A stretch of DNA of 64,000 bases from Hyphochytrium catenoides (lineage: Eukaryota; Protista; Hyphochytriomycota): the NCBI GenBank assembly GCA_900088475.1, contig FLMG01004130.1, positions 1-64,000 of the forward strand, given 5' to 3'. The position numbers were made by a program, and so were the translations under genes. The notes below the pieces were generated by a model that did not search any database, was not told the DNA's origin, and was given only the letters and a program-made list of their open reading frames with translations. Positions 11,101 through 23,350 of the stretch are shown piece by piece (within the stretch, counting starts at the first letter, position 1; each line of letters opens with the position of its first letter).

Positions 11101-13263
11101 TTCAGATCCTCAACTTTATTCAGGAAAACGTGGTGGTTAAAGGTGTGCAATAGTTATAGCCCTCTGTCCTGTACCTACTGTCCGTCTTCCTTATCAGACC
11201 GTCCTTCCTTTCCCTGCCTATATTGGCATTGTGGCTGTCGTCTCTATCTTTAAGGGTCGTGTCTCCAGTGTGCCTTGTTCCATCCTGAAGTCGTATCGGC
11301 CTTCCTTCGTCTCCCACTCGCTGTTACGACGGCGCCCTGGTTCTTGTAACTCTAATTTACTTAACACCTTATACAGCGGATGAAGGCTCTACGCGTCAGG
11401 ACCTAGAGGAAGGGTCGGCCACCGAGGCGGACCGCCTCCTGCCTCGAGGCCCCGAGTACTATAAGCACATGCACCACAGCCAAACGATGATGACGCTGAG
11501 AGGTAAGGAGGTTGAAGTAGGGCTTTTTGGGAAAAAGGGCCTGGCACATGCAGAGGATTGGACAGAGATAGGAAGGGTCGGTTGATAGACTTCTTAGCTA
11601 ATCCCAGACGGAACGTAACACTTCAGGGAAAGTAAGATCTTGAACAGAGAGTAGGATATGTTTTCTTGTTAGTGGTCCCCTTGCAAGGAAACGAGGAGAA
11701 GGGAAACAAGACCGAGATGCTACAGGGTTCTAGCATGCGACCAGAAAAAGAGTTGTCCGCCCGCGTTCTGGAAGTTCTGTGTTAGGATAAAATGGATTAG
11801 GTAATGCGACTGATTGTCTCTCCAGGTGACGTTCTGCCAGCAAATCCAGAGTCTCCACCAGAGAATACGCAGTTTCTACTCCTGGACTTTACCAAGGTCT
11901 CAGGGATGGATGCGACAGCAGCTCGGAGCGCTTTTAGCGTCGCTGTACAGGTAAACAAGGCGTTCGGTTCTTCGTCACGAGCGTTAGAAGCAGAGGGGTG
12001 TGCAGTCCCTCTCTAGACTTCATGTCTCTCTTTCGTTTCCCATTTCACCCATGGGGCTCTTATTCTTCTTTTTGGATTGTCCTCAATGTTTGACGCTGTC
12101 GCTATGGTTGCCTGAAGGTGTTGAGCCGCTTCTCTAGCCGCATCTTAGGGTGCTCTTCCGTTTAGTTGTAAAGATAGCTGACGTGCCTCTCCCTGCCACG
12201 CCAATGCCACAGCTCTGTGTGAAGAAAGGGGTGAGAGTGGTCTTTGCTGGTCTCTCTGAAAACGTGGAGTATCTCTTGAAAGCCAATGACGTGATAGAGA
12301 AGACAGGGTAGGACGGACTGGTCTCTAGTTTTCCATCTCGTTGCCACTCTAACTCAACTCCTCGCTGACCGGCCCCTCCCTGCTCTGGTTCTCTAGTAAT
12401 GGAGGGCCTGAGGCTCAGTGCAAAGTATTCCCAACGCTGAAGGCCGCACTGGCCTGGAGTGAGGATATGATTATCAGTTCTGAGAGAACCATTGAGAAGG
12501 ATATCTGCCAGCCGGAAGACCTTCCATGTTGCTCCCTATCTAGCCTGCCCAACATATTGAAGACCTTCATGGGCCTTCCTAGTTCATTTTCAGGTTTGAA
12601 CGTCAATTCTTCTTGTTAATGGCAGAGAGAGAGAGTGAGAAAGATGGTGGAGCAAAAGCGATGGGAGCTGTGCACGAGAGGGAATTGCTATCTGATCTGA
12701 CATGGATGACAGTGGTGCTGCCCCAATGGTGTGTCGGATATATTTCTAGGCGGCATGGCGATAAAATGGTGTCGATAGGAAAAGAGCCACCTGTCTATAC
12801 GTTTGGGCGAGTGTTGCTCTCATTACAGCCACCGCTTACCATAATGTCTCTTTATGTCTCGTCCTTAGGCCTTGATGGCCTGTCGGCCTATTGCGAGGAA
12901 GAGCATTATGCCCCCGGAGCAAGTATTTACTCAGCGGGCAGCTTTAGCGACAAACTCTTTATTCTGAGAAGCGGAGATGTCCAGATATCTCTTCCAGAAA
13001 GAGGCAAGCTGCAAGAAAACGCTCGGAGAGTGACCTGGGAGCACCTGAGGCCGGGCATCATCTTTGGAGAGGTTGACTTTATCCTCCAGCAGCCAAGGCA
13101 GCAGTTTGCTGACACAGTCGAGGGCTGTTCTGTCTTCGTTATATCCTTCAAGAACTTCGAGAAGCTGGCAACCAAGAACCCTTCCCTCTTCGGGGACTTT
13201 CAAGCTCTATTACTGAAGGAGGTGGCGCTGACCCTAAGTCGGGAGAAATGGCTCCTAACTTAG
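8103..13263 (+). CDS. SulP/SLC26-family transporter with STAS and C-terminal cNMP-binding (Crp-like) domain, multi-exon
   Basis: Exonic motifs: FSIGQVQDAGLIFL, SIVSYLPMPVVAGYLAFIG, FSSCLDVTAIEMD, INHELQTVGWSNLVSGLLGGYTGSYIFSQT, STAS (LELSGFLFFGSS; LLDFTKVSGMDATAARS) and cNMP (KLFILRSGDV; PGIIFGEVDF). The start is uncertain (ATG 8103 or 8228). Confidence 0.9.
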
Positions 13264-13604
13264 GGGCATAATAGAAGATAAGCCACAGACGCTGCCGGAG
13301 CTCCATCATCTATGTATTTGTCAACAGGAACTGCTTGTTCTAGAGTTCCTTAGATTTAGAAAATAAAGAGTAGCCCTCAGAGGAACTGGTTCGCTTGTTG
13401 CCGTCCTTTCTGGGTCTTGCTTGCTTGAGTGTTGCCATAAGTGGCGATCTTTTCTTCCGTACCCGCTCTCTTTCACTCCCTGTAGCAGAACCACAAGGTC
13501 TTAACCTATCGCGCGCTTGCGGTTGCTCGTTGAGAGTCTGGCCTACTCTATGGCCCGTTGGGCTCACTCAAAGCTACCCACTTCTATCCTACAATCTTCC
13601 TTCG

Positions 13605-15634
13605 TCAAAATAGGACTCCTTGAGGGACTCGAAGGCGTGGGTACTCTATCAGAGCCCTCCAGCAGCCTTTCCCGCTGCAGATGACAGCATTGATATCGTT
13701 CTCAGACACATAGCTCAGAATCAGCCACAGATGACAAATCTGAAGCCTTCCTAGGACAACCCTTTCCTGGGTATTTCTGTCTCCCAATTTCAGAGGAAGT
13801 GAAAGAGAGAGACTTCCATATGTTCCCTTGACGCTCATCATGTGCGCTTGCGCCAGAAGGCGGTCTACAAGGATAACAAGATACCGATAGAGGCGTGAGG
13901 GTAGGACGGAGGGTGCTTTCATGTCCTTGAGGCACTCCACGATGGCCTCCAGTGTACATATTCGCTGAGGCTCTGACTGCTTCCGTGCGGGGTTGAAGAG
14001 AGAATAGCGCCCTTCAGTACTACGAATGGCAACACAATGTAAGTTAAAAGAAAGTCCTCCACACCCGCTAACTGGTCAACTGAGTTTAAAGCAAGCCTTA
14101 TCCGATAGTCCAAACCAAGAGCAGCCAACTAACACTGAAGGGGCACGCAGAGAGCAAGGAGATTCAAAGACTAGAGGAGATATGGTTCAACAAAGGAGAC
14201 AGCAGGACAGGGAAAGCCGGGGGACGATGAAGCAACAGGGATAGCTCCCAGCACCTGAGATTATCACTAATGTGGACTTGAGGGAGGATGGAGGTCGGGG
14301 GCAAACTCTTAGTGATCCTTCGAGCCTGGCTCCAGGTCCCATCTGCCACAATGAGAACGACCCTTTCACCTGAACAGTGAGAAGGGGCAGGTCCTACAGA
14401 GAGAGGACGAGGTCTTTTCCTCCCTTGAACTTGATGAAGGAAAGAGGAGAAAGGAATGGAGTCTTGAGAAGGGAAGAGCACGCAGGCTCGCCCGTCTGCC
14501 TCTGAGATGATAGTGTTTAGAGCTCTCATGTCTTCAGGGACTCCATAGATTAACACACGACAGTGCTTCATACCCTGCAAATAAGACGAGCGAGACAGTA
14601 GGAATGCGGCAGAGTAAATCAGAACAAGAGAAGAGGGGCCCCATATAAAACCGGCAAGGCAGAAGGAGAGACCATTGGAAGTCGTGCACTCCGTCGGTCA
14701 AGCTTCCCTCCGTTTGTCTCAATCTCTGCGGAGTTTCTCTCCGTCTCTCTTTCCGTGACCACTCTTTCCTCTATCTCCAAATTGAAGATCAATTGTTCCC
14801 TCTTCCTCGCGTCTACTATGTCTTCACTCTTGAAAATTGCCGAATCCTTACCAAGGCCACAAGCTTGCCTGTATTCGAGAGCCGTCCAAACTCTTTGTAG
14901 TGCATGAGGATCACGATGTCCAGAGGGCAAGGGAGGGAGACAAATGACTGACACATGCAGTGCTTCGTCATCAGCCTGCAAGGAACGTGAAGTTAGAGAA
15001 GACCGCGAGGTAGTTCGGGATAGACAGCAAAGGAGAAGGAGAACACAAGGCAAAACGTGCGGAGACAGGTAAGGCAAAGACATATTCCAAGGGAGAGATA
15101 CTGCCTTAAGAGATTGTAGGTCACGAGAAGAAAGATAGAGACTGGGCTAAGGGCCGTCTGCTTTCACGGGAGGAAGGGAGACAGTAGAGAATTGGGAAGC
15201 CACTGGTCACCCTAGGGCTATCAGAGAACTAGGAAAGGCCCCACCGGAAAAGGGAGAGAAGTAGGCATCACAGGTGACTACACAGGTGATAAGTGACCAT
15301 CAACAAGACTAGAGAGAAAAAGACGGTAAGTAAATAAAGTCAGAGGGAGAACCCATGCGACGAAGAGAAGGAGGCAACGCCTGATAGCGCAAAGCGCGGA
15401 AGGAAAGGCAGGCCCGACAGGATTGAGGGAGATGATAAGAGAGAACATTTCCAGTGTCGGAACTTACCAGCAGCTAGGACATCTGTCAGAATTGGCAAGC
15501 TTCTTCTTTTCTCTCTCATAGATCCGTCACACCTCCAGTTGAAACTTCTCCGCATCCTCTAGTTCCGCAGGCATTGGGTCGCGCTTCCGGACGTAGAGGC
15601 GGACAGGTGCGGTCGTGCCCTTTGGACTCTTCAT
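13605..15634 (-). CDS. DTW-domain tRNA-uridine aminocarboxypropyltransferase (DTWD2/TapT-like); in-frame TGA at 15527-15529
   Basis: Spliced exons give RCPSCW|LMTKHCMC...ILMHYKEFGRLSNTGKLV...CVLFPSQDS...LIVADGTWSQARRI...RKQSEPQRICTLEAI. The junction 15468/14975 (TG|G = Trp) is canonical GT-AG. The 5' end may extend further upstream. Confidence 0.82.
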
Positions 15635-16520
15635 CTTGGCACCAAAGCTCCGCGTAGAGGCTCTATCAAGGGGAACAAGGACAGATCTGACCGACGTATA
15701 GGAGGAGCGAAGATGCCACCATATGATGCCCTGAGCCGGAGAGCAATAGAGGAGAGACGTGACGTGGAGCGCGCTCGAGGGTGTGAAGAAACGCTGCTTT
15801 GGACTTGGTAGCCAGGCAAACAGAAGGACCAACACTGGCTGGCAAGCTCTGTCAAGAGAGCCACGAGAGGGAAGCGGAGTGAGCGTGGGGAAGCCGTAGG
15901 AAGGGAGAGGAGAGACTGACAAGAGCTCGCGCGGCGCGGTGTGAGGACGCTACCTTTCTTCTCCTGAAGGCCAAGCGCTCTGTCTGTCTCCTCCACTTTC
16001 TTCGGTGAGAACTGGTGATAGAGTCCGGGGGGAGGTGTGGCGCGTGCGGCTCATTGTGTCGAAGGGGAGCTCTGAACCTGCCGTTTGTGCTGTTTGTGCT
16101 TCTGATAGAGAGGAGACAGAGGACAAAAGGGAAATCTCTCTCTCCCTCGCTCTCTCACTCTCTCTCTCTTTTTCTTTCTCTCTTTTTCTCTCTCTCTTTT
16201 TCTCTCTCTCTTCCTCTCTCTCTCATCTTTACTCTCATCCTCCTCGCTCTTCGCTGATCTTCCTTCCTCTTGAAGTTAGTTGGGTCGCAACACTCTTCTT
16301 CGCTCTCCCCGCGCGCGTCGACATCCTCTCTATCTGTCTCCACCTGCTCTCCTCTACTAGGTAGTTGGTACATATCTACAGGCTTCTCAGTCCTTTTCAT
16401 TCTCTTTGCCCTGCGAGCAGCTGCATCAACCATCCCACCGCTGGACGAAGGCCCAGATGTCAGCATTCTCTCTCTTTGTCTCTTCGTCTGGCTGATAAGG
16501 CAGGTGGGGAAAGAAGCATA

Positions 16521-19500
16521 ATGATTGCTGCGCAAGGAAAGGTGGATCATCAGCCTGCGGCAGTGAAGGTAAGAGAGGCTGACAGAAGTGATGGTGTCTA
16601 GGAGCAAAGTCTATGGAAGCGAGAAGGATGTAACTAGGGCGAGAGAGAGGCAAAGAGAGAGAGCGGAACAACAGAAGCGAAATTATTGAGACCACTCTTG
16701 CCTCTCCCAGGCTTATTCCCATGCAGTGTCGGGAGAAGAAGCTCTTAACAATGGAGATGTAAGCGTCGAAGACTCTCTTACTCCTCTTTCTCCTCCTTCC
16801 TCTTCCAGGCGCGGTCTGTATCTGTTTCTTATTTCTCACTTCGTCGGAGGTGGGCCAGCCAATTGCTAATTCTGCTCTATCCCGCAGGCCATCACCGCCA
16901 GAAGAGAGTTTCTTCGGGCCGCTGAGAATTATTTGCAGGCCACGGAAGTCACTCAGGATCGACTGGTAGGGTGAGGCATCCTCTTTACGGATTCAATCTT
17001 CTCTCTCTCTCTTTCTCTCTCTCTCTCTTTCTTTCTTTTATTTTGTCTCTTGTTTCTCCTCTCAAGTTTCTCCTCTCTCTCACCCTCGTGCCACTTTCCG
17101 TCTCTCTCCCTCTCTCTCCTATGGGTTCGTTCCCTAGAAGTCTCTCTTAGGGCCCTGGGCCAAAGCTCTCAGTCTGAAGACCGCTATCTATACTCTGACT
17201 CCTTTTGCTGTCCTTTGCCACCTGCCTCCCATAAGTTGTCATCCGCCTCCCTGGCTTCAACAGAGACCAGCACACTGCTCTTTGCGACCCTTACATTCTC
17301 CCATGTTCACAGCTCACAGACTCCGTTCCGCTGCAGCCGACTTCTCCACGTCTTTACCCTCTCGCATTTGCATCTCACTTCTTCACTCGTTCCCTCATTC
17401 TAATCTAACCAATCTCTAAACTTGTCCCATATCCTTCTCCTTTACTATTCCCTTACTCTGCTCCAGACCGTGGCTGCACTGCAGCTGCTCTCTCAGCACT
17501 ACGCTAGCCTGGCGAAGGATTTGGAGACGGCGAAGGAAGAGAATAGAGCTCCGCTGCTTCCGCCTCGTCACCAGCAGCCTGCGCTCAACAGTCGGCAAGA
17601 GGCTTTGACCGGTAGGAAGACATGTCGCGGGCTGCTAACTTCTCTCTTTCCTGCGCCTATCATCCTTTTGCCTCCTTCCCCCATCGGCCCATTCTCTTTT
17701 TTGCAGTTATTGTCTACAGCCTTTAACCGTCGTCTTCTACTGCATCGAGCTTTAGCGCTTTCTCTCTTTCTTCACGTACTCGCCGCAGCGCCGTGTTCTC
17801 ACTTCTGGCTTGCTCTTAGAAGAGGAACCGTCAGGGATTGTTCGGCGAGAGAAGGAAGGAGGAGCCGCTGCACCTGGTGGTTCTCAAGTTGTTCCACATT
17901 CGGACGTGGAAAATCATCTCGCTCAGGCTGAGGCAGAGATGGACGAGCTGTGGCAGAAGCTTCAAGAGTTGGGGCTCAGCAGAGGGACCAGTGGGGAGAA
18001 AGCTCATCTTCTTTCCGCTTCCAGACATCTTTCTTCTGCCTTGGGAGAGTCCTTCTACGTCCTTCCCGAGAGACAAAGGTCTTATGCAACTCGACTCCTC
18101 CCTCCGTATGGCCGTACAGTTCGTCAGCTCCTGTTTCTCAATGCTCTCCCTACCGTCACCCACAGAAATCCGCTCTTCTTACGGCTGAATATGTCTTCTC
18201 TCACAATGCACTGTGATGAGTTTTAACGCTTTACTCCTGTCTCCTTTCTCGTCTCCGCAGGGCAACTGGGCTCAGTGACCCCCGGCAACACATTGATGGG
18301 GGCGCGACTCTAAAGGCTGCAGCAGCGAGCAGGCTACGAAACCAGAGGACCCGGTAGGTATCAAGAGTCTCTGCCCTGCTTTTCTGTGTGTCTGCCAATA
18401 GTTCCATGACCCTGCTGCTTTCCTTCAGGCTTATGCAGCAAGCTGGCCATCCCCCACTAGCACCATCAATCAATCTGACAGCGAGAAGCAAACCGAAGCT
18501 GAACGGTGAGCTCCTCCGTAGGTCATGTCAGTGGATGAGTCTCGGTGGCTAAGGGTAGATCAGAGGAGCTATGACAGGGTGGTGGGGGACGATGGAGCCA
18601 TGAAGATGGAGCTACTAGGGTCTGTCAAGGCTACATTCTCCGCAAACTCTTTAGTTGATTGTCACGTCGGTTGTCCTCCTGCGCTCTAACTCTTTGGCCA
18701 ATCTTTTGCTTCATTACCGCCTGGACCTGGACACCTACAGGGGCAACAGAGGAGAGCGTCGACCTTTCGGATTACTCCGAACAGCTCAAAAAGCTCCAGC
18801 AGACGAACGCGGAGCAGCAGATGGAGATCATGCGTCTCCTTCAGACAGTAAAGACACTTAGCTCTGAAAATGCGCTCCTTATCAAGGTTCTGACAGTCTG
18901 GCCACTATGTACCCCTTCCTTTGGCTTTGTCCCTATTGCCTTCCAAGTGATCCACCTTTTGTCGTTTCTCTTTCGGTACATCCCTCTTCTGTACGTGGAG
19001 AAGATCTGCAGGGTCGTTATATGACCAACGCCTCTATCTCACATTGTGGTCCAGGAGTGTGAGGGGAAAGGGCGGATAGAGACGGAAAGTAAGGCTTTGA
19101 AGGAGCAGATGGCCCACTTCAAGCAGCAGTACGACACCAGGGTAAGAACTTGCAAACTCAGGATAGGCGGTCGGTTCAAGCGGTGGAGAGCGAAGGGCCG
19201 GATCTTGATTGTTGAACAGAATCCTCGCGCAGCCAGGAAGAGGTAATTTTGCTGCCACAGTAAGCTTACGCACTTCGCCCAATTCCTGGTCTCAGTTTGC
19301 GGCCTTGAAACGCGCTCTGGAAGAGTGGAGAAGACAGAGAGACCGGAGCCAGGCTGATAGCCCTGGAGACAGTGCCGCAAGGTAATTCGTTAGCCCTCCG
19401 TTATCCCAAGATCGGCTCTCTCCTCTTCCCTGCTAACTCGAGTATTGGCTTAATCGATAGAGACAGCCAAAGCGCGATGATCACGCAGCTTCGGACTCAG

Positions 19501-19826
19501 CTCCAACAGACTCAAATGAAGCTGAATGCAGAAACTGAGGCAAATAGAAAGAAGGTAAGCCTACACAAGGCCGGATCAAGCACTACGTTTGGGTGTGTAG
19601 CAATATCCCAGCACAGACAGCAAGGGAAGGGCTAACGAGCGAAGGAAGCATGAGCGATGTGCAGACAAGAGTTGACCCACATACGGAAGTCTGACGTACA
19701 CTGTCTCTATTCTGGCAGGAGGTGCTAATTCAGCGGTATCAAAAATGGTACAACGACATCAAAGCGGGGGCCAAGGCCAAGATGAAGGCCAAAGAGCCGG
19801 GCGTGCCGCCTCGCCCGCCCTCATGA
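16521..19826 (+). CDS. Atg38/NRBF2-like protein (N-terminal MIT-like helices, C-terminal coiled coil), multi-exon
   Basis: Spliced N-terminus MIAAQGKVDHQPAAVK|AYSHAVSGEEALNNGD|AITARREFLRAAENYLQATEVTQDRL|TVAALQLLSQHYASLA matches the NRBF2/Atg38 MIT pattern. It has an ESFYVL (AIM/LIR-like) motif, a coiled coil (LKKLQQTNAEQQMEIMRLLQTVKTLSSENALLIK) and the C-terminus LIQRYQKWYNDIKAGAKAK. Stop TGA 19824-19826. Confidence 0.6.
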
Positions 19827-20245
19827 CCCGCAGTCCTCAGCAGTACATTACACTCTTGTATGACTAAGGAGAACCAGATGGTCTAGCCATTGTACATACT
19901 ATAAGTTAAGAAACCAGGCTGAGAGTTTCCAGATTCGGCGGTAGGATCATCGTCCATCCTCCACAATAAGCGAATTGTAGAAGGAGTCATGGTTGCAAAT
20001 CCGCTTGCTTTGGCTCTGTAGAGCCTAGCCATAGTCTCTGGCATTGCGCTTGTCTCTTGGAGTGGCTGCAGCGGTGTTGCAAGGGAAAGGGATTCCTATA
20101 GAGTTCTTAGCTCTCCAGGCTCTCCGGTACCCCATTATTTTGCATGCAATCATCAACGACGATAGTTCCCGTGTCAACTTGCAGCTAGGCTAAATACGCC
20201 ATCTCCTTTTCCTTTCAGAGGGTCCACTTATCCCCACTCGGTTGC

Positions 20246-23200
20246 TTAAAAGTACATGGGATAGAGCGAAATCTTCCCAATAGACCAGCACACCGCCAGT
20301 AGCGCACCACGTGGGAAATTGGGGCAGAAGTCCATCACATCTGCGCCTGCCTGAGCGGGACCGCGAATAATTCCCCTAACCAGAGAGAATAGTAAGATTG
20401 TAGCCTTCTGCGGTCGTTCCTCTACATTGTGCTCTTCCTCCCTTTCCCGCTGCTTCTATGTCGTTCAGGCTGTGAGTCATGTCCCTCTCTTCCCCAAGTG
20501 GTCTCGACGAAAGCTCTCCCTCTACCTGAGACAAAATTTCTTGAGGCTCCGTCTGTCGACTGCATACACCGCAATAAACTCTTGGGCCGATCCAGAACGG
20601 GCCAAGGTCAAAGCAACCCTATGGCCCGATGGATCCCACCGGACGCACCGGACAAAGTCTCCTAATCTCCTAAAGGAAAGGGAGAAAGAGAGAGCGACAA
20701 GAGGAGAGGAAACAGAGAGAAGAAACGGGCATCGGCGCTACTGTCAGATCGGTGAGAGGATTCTACACTAGAGAAACGGAGACCGGACAGTATAGGAACG
20801 TCCAGCCGTTGAACGGGGATGGTTGTCATGCAGCCTCGAGTTAGCGCAGACTATACCCGGGGGATGAGTAAATAAAAGGAAAAATACAATGGGCGAATGC
20901 TCGCGTTACCCGACTTCTGAAGCGTCAGCCGCCCATAGCTCTGACTGGAGAACATCTACCATTGCCGAAAGGTCTGCTGAGCCGTCCAGCGGCGAGCTTC
21001 GAAGTCGGAAGGCGAGGATGGCACTTTCAAGGCTGGAGGCCATCAGGATCTCACCTCCATCGGGTGACCAGGCAATTGTCTAAAGAGACAATATCGAGTT
21101 CAAGGCCAACCGTCAGCATCATAACATCATGATGCGTCGTAGTAAGGCAAGAGACAAACAAGTATTGAAAGAAGCCGCGAACTGGTGGACGAGCTAGTGA
21201 GAGAACCGGCACCGTAGCACGTTTTTCTCATGAAGTAGGTGCAATGAGCAAAAATATGGAGATGTTGGTGGGAACGGGGATATTGCGGAGGAAGGTGGTG
21301 TCATAGGAAGGACAGCAAGATGGCACTAGTCTGAGACACAAGCTCACACAGAGCACACGTACGCTTTTCGGTCCCAGCTTGCAGCTCCACTTTTGGGGCG
21401 TCCAGGACCGTGTCTCAAGGAGGACGGCATGCCGACTGCCGCAAAGTGAGGACACAAAAGTCTCAGGCAGCAGGAAAACAAATTTCTAGGGATAAGGAAC
21501 AAGGCCAACAGCCGCCAGAAGCGCCGCCACTCAAGCAGAGGACGGACATGCAAGTTCGCAGAAAGAGTTCCAAAGCAAGCTGAAGTAGAAATCCCAGCAT
21601 GGTTTGCCTTGATAGGGGGAACGAGAAAACGAGGTGGACAGACTCTTCTCCCTCTTACGTTGTAGTTGCAAACAGATGTAATCCATCGGCGGACCACTGA
21701 AGGTTTGTCACGAAGCCGCCGCCCAGGCGCCGGATAGGTGTGGGTTCCGGTAGGCCGGTGTCCCAGATGTAGATCACAGAGTCCTTGGAGCTCGATGCGG
21801 CTAGCAGGCTGCGCCGTACACCGGGCGGGCGTATAAAAGAGTGTCAAGAGGAGAGGATGTATGAGAGGGAAGACGCAGGTGGAAAAAAGCTGCGACATTA
21901 ACAGCATGAAGAGCTAGGGCCGAGACAAACACTGAAAATGCACTGCTAGTGACGAGGACTAGCTAAAGGGTCAAGAATGGCAAGATAGATATGAGATAAT
22001 ACAAGGCTCCAAGGGCATTAGAGCTCTAAATAAGAGGTCATGCCGGGAACGAAGTAACAATAAGGATATCCGAAGGTGAAGGAGGTAGCAGGAGAGCGAG
22101 AGATAGAGAAGAAAAAGGGATCGAAGAAGAAATGATCAGAACTCTCCCCCACCGGCCGCTAGGGCTCCAAGAGACTGAGTCCACTGGCTTGCCGGACGGG
22201 TGTCCGAGGTAGGTCATCCAGATATTATCTGCCCGGAGCAACGACGTTATGAATTGAAAAAGATACCTTATACCAGAGAGTGTCAGGAAGAGATGCGCGT
22301 GCTCGATGGGAGGGTGAAGGGTTGAGAGAGAGAGATTCTTTCTTACCCATTCCGTCACCTTGTTCTCTCGTAGTGCCGCGCCACAGACAGATCCCGTCTC
22401 TAGGAGTGAGTTGCAACAGGATTCCTTAGACAAAGACCTCGAAGGATCGACCCCGCGAGATCTATGTCTCTTGTATTTTTTCTCCTACCTAACGCCTATC
22501 GCGATGGTGGCACCTGCCAACGGCGACCACGCGGCGCTGGAGATCCCCTGCTGCAGTTCGTGATGGAGGACAATGTCTAGCCACTTGGACCTGTTGAGGT
22601 CAAAGATGTAGACAGCATCATCTCCCAGACCCACACAGAACCGCTGCCGATGGGGATGCCAAGCAAAGCTTCTGAGCGCATTCAATCCCTCCGCTTTGCC
22701 CACATCGTCAACTTCTGAGCCTAAACCCATATAGAAGAAGAAATGATGGTGAGCGAGAAGAGCGAGCGAGAGAGAGGAGAATAAAATTACATAGATGGAA
22801 AGAAGAGAGATGACTTCATGGCGACGATTGTTATAGATGGGGACGGTGTCTCTATTCGATGCGCATACCACCCAGAAGCTTGCTCGCAAGTGCGGAGACT
22901 TGATCCGCCGCATCCACTAAAGGGCCAAGCTTTGTAGTTCTAAGACGGTCGGAGAAGCTCCTAGTCCGCTCAGGCTCCACAGGCTCCTGCCTTAAGCTCT
23001 GGGATAGGGAAAGGCACAAAGCAGACGCTGACGCTTAACAACTTTGTATGCCAAGAAGCAGAGATGAGAGACGCTTACATCCTTCGAGAATGCTCTTCTC
23101 CGCTGCCCTCCAACTCTGATATTGCCGTAAATCTCGCCGCCGGAAGACAAAAAGTATTCGCGACACATCTCCTACAGGAAGGTCCAGAGTGAAGGAGCAA

Positions 23201-23350
23201 GTCAGACGAAGGACTTCAGTGCACACATGCTGCTCCCCGTTATCAAGCCCCCGACAATACCGAGTTATTAACTCCCACGTGGAGGAATTGTCCGTTGATC
23301 TCTCCTAGCGTCAACTCGTCCTCATCTGGCACATGGGCAGCCGGAGCCAT
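20246..23350 (-). CDS. AAAS: Aladin (WD40 nucleoporin), multi-exon
   Basis: N-terminal VPDEDELTLGEING, AWHPHRQRFCVG, LHHELQQGISSAAWSPLAGATIAIG, PVDSVSWSPSGR, and C-terminal GIIRGP...FCPNFPRGALLAVCWSIGKISLYPMYF* are characteristic of Aladin. Confidence 0.85.

Noticed and set aside
15527-15529. Genome-wide UGA reassignment or selenocysteine
   Set aside because: TGA terminates the Atg38-like, MORN and ADAT1 genes, and long exons such as IFT144 have no in-frame TGA. The codon is not at a Cys-like catalytic position and no SECIS could be supported.
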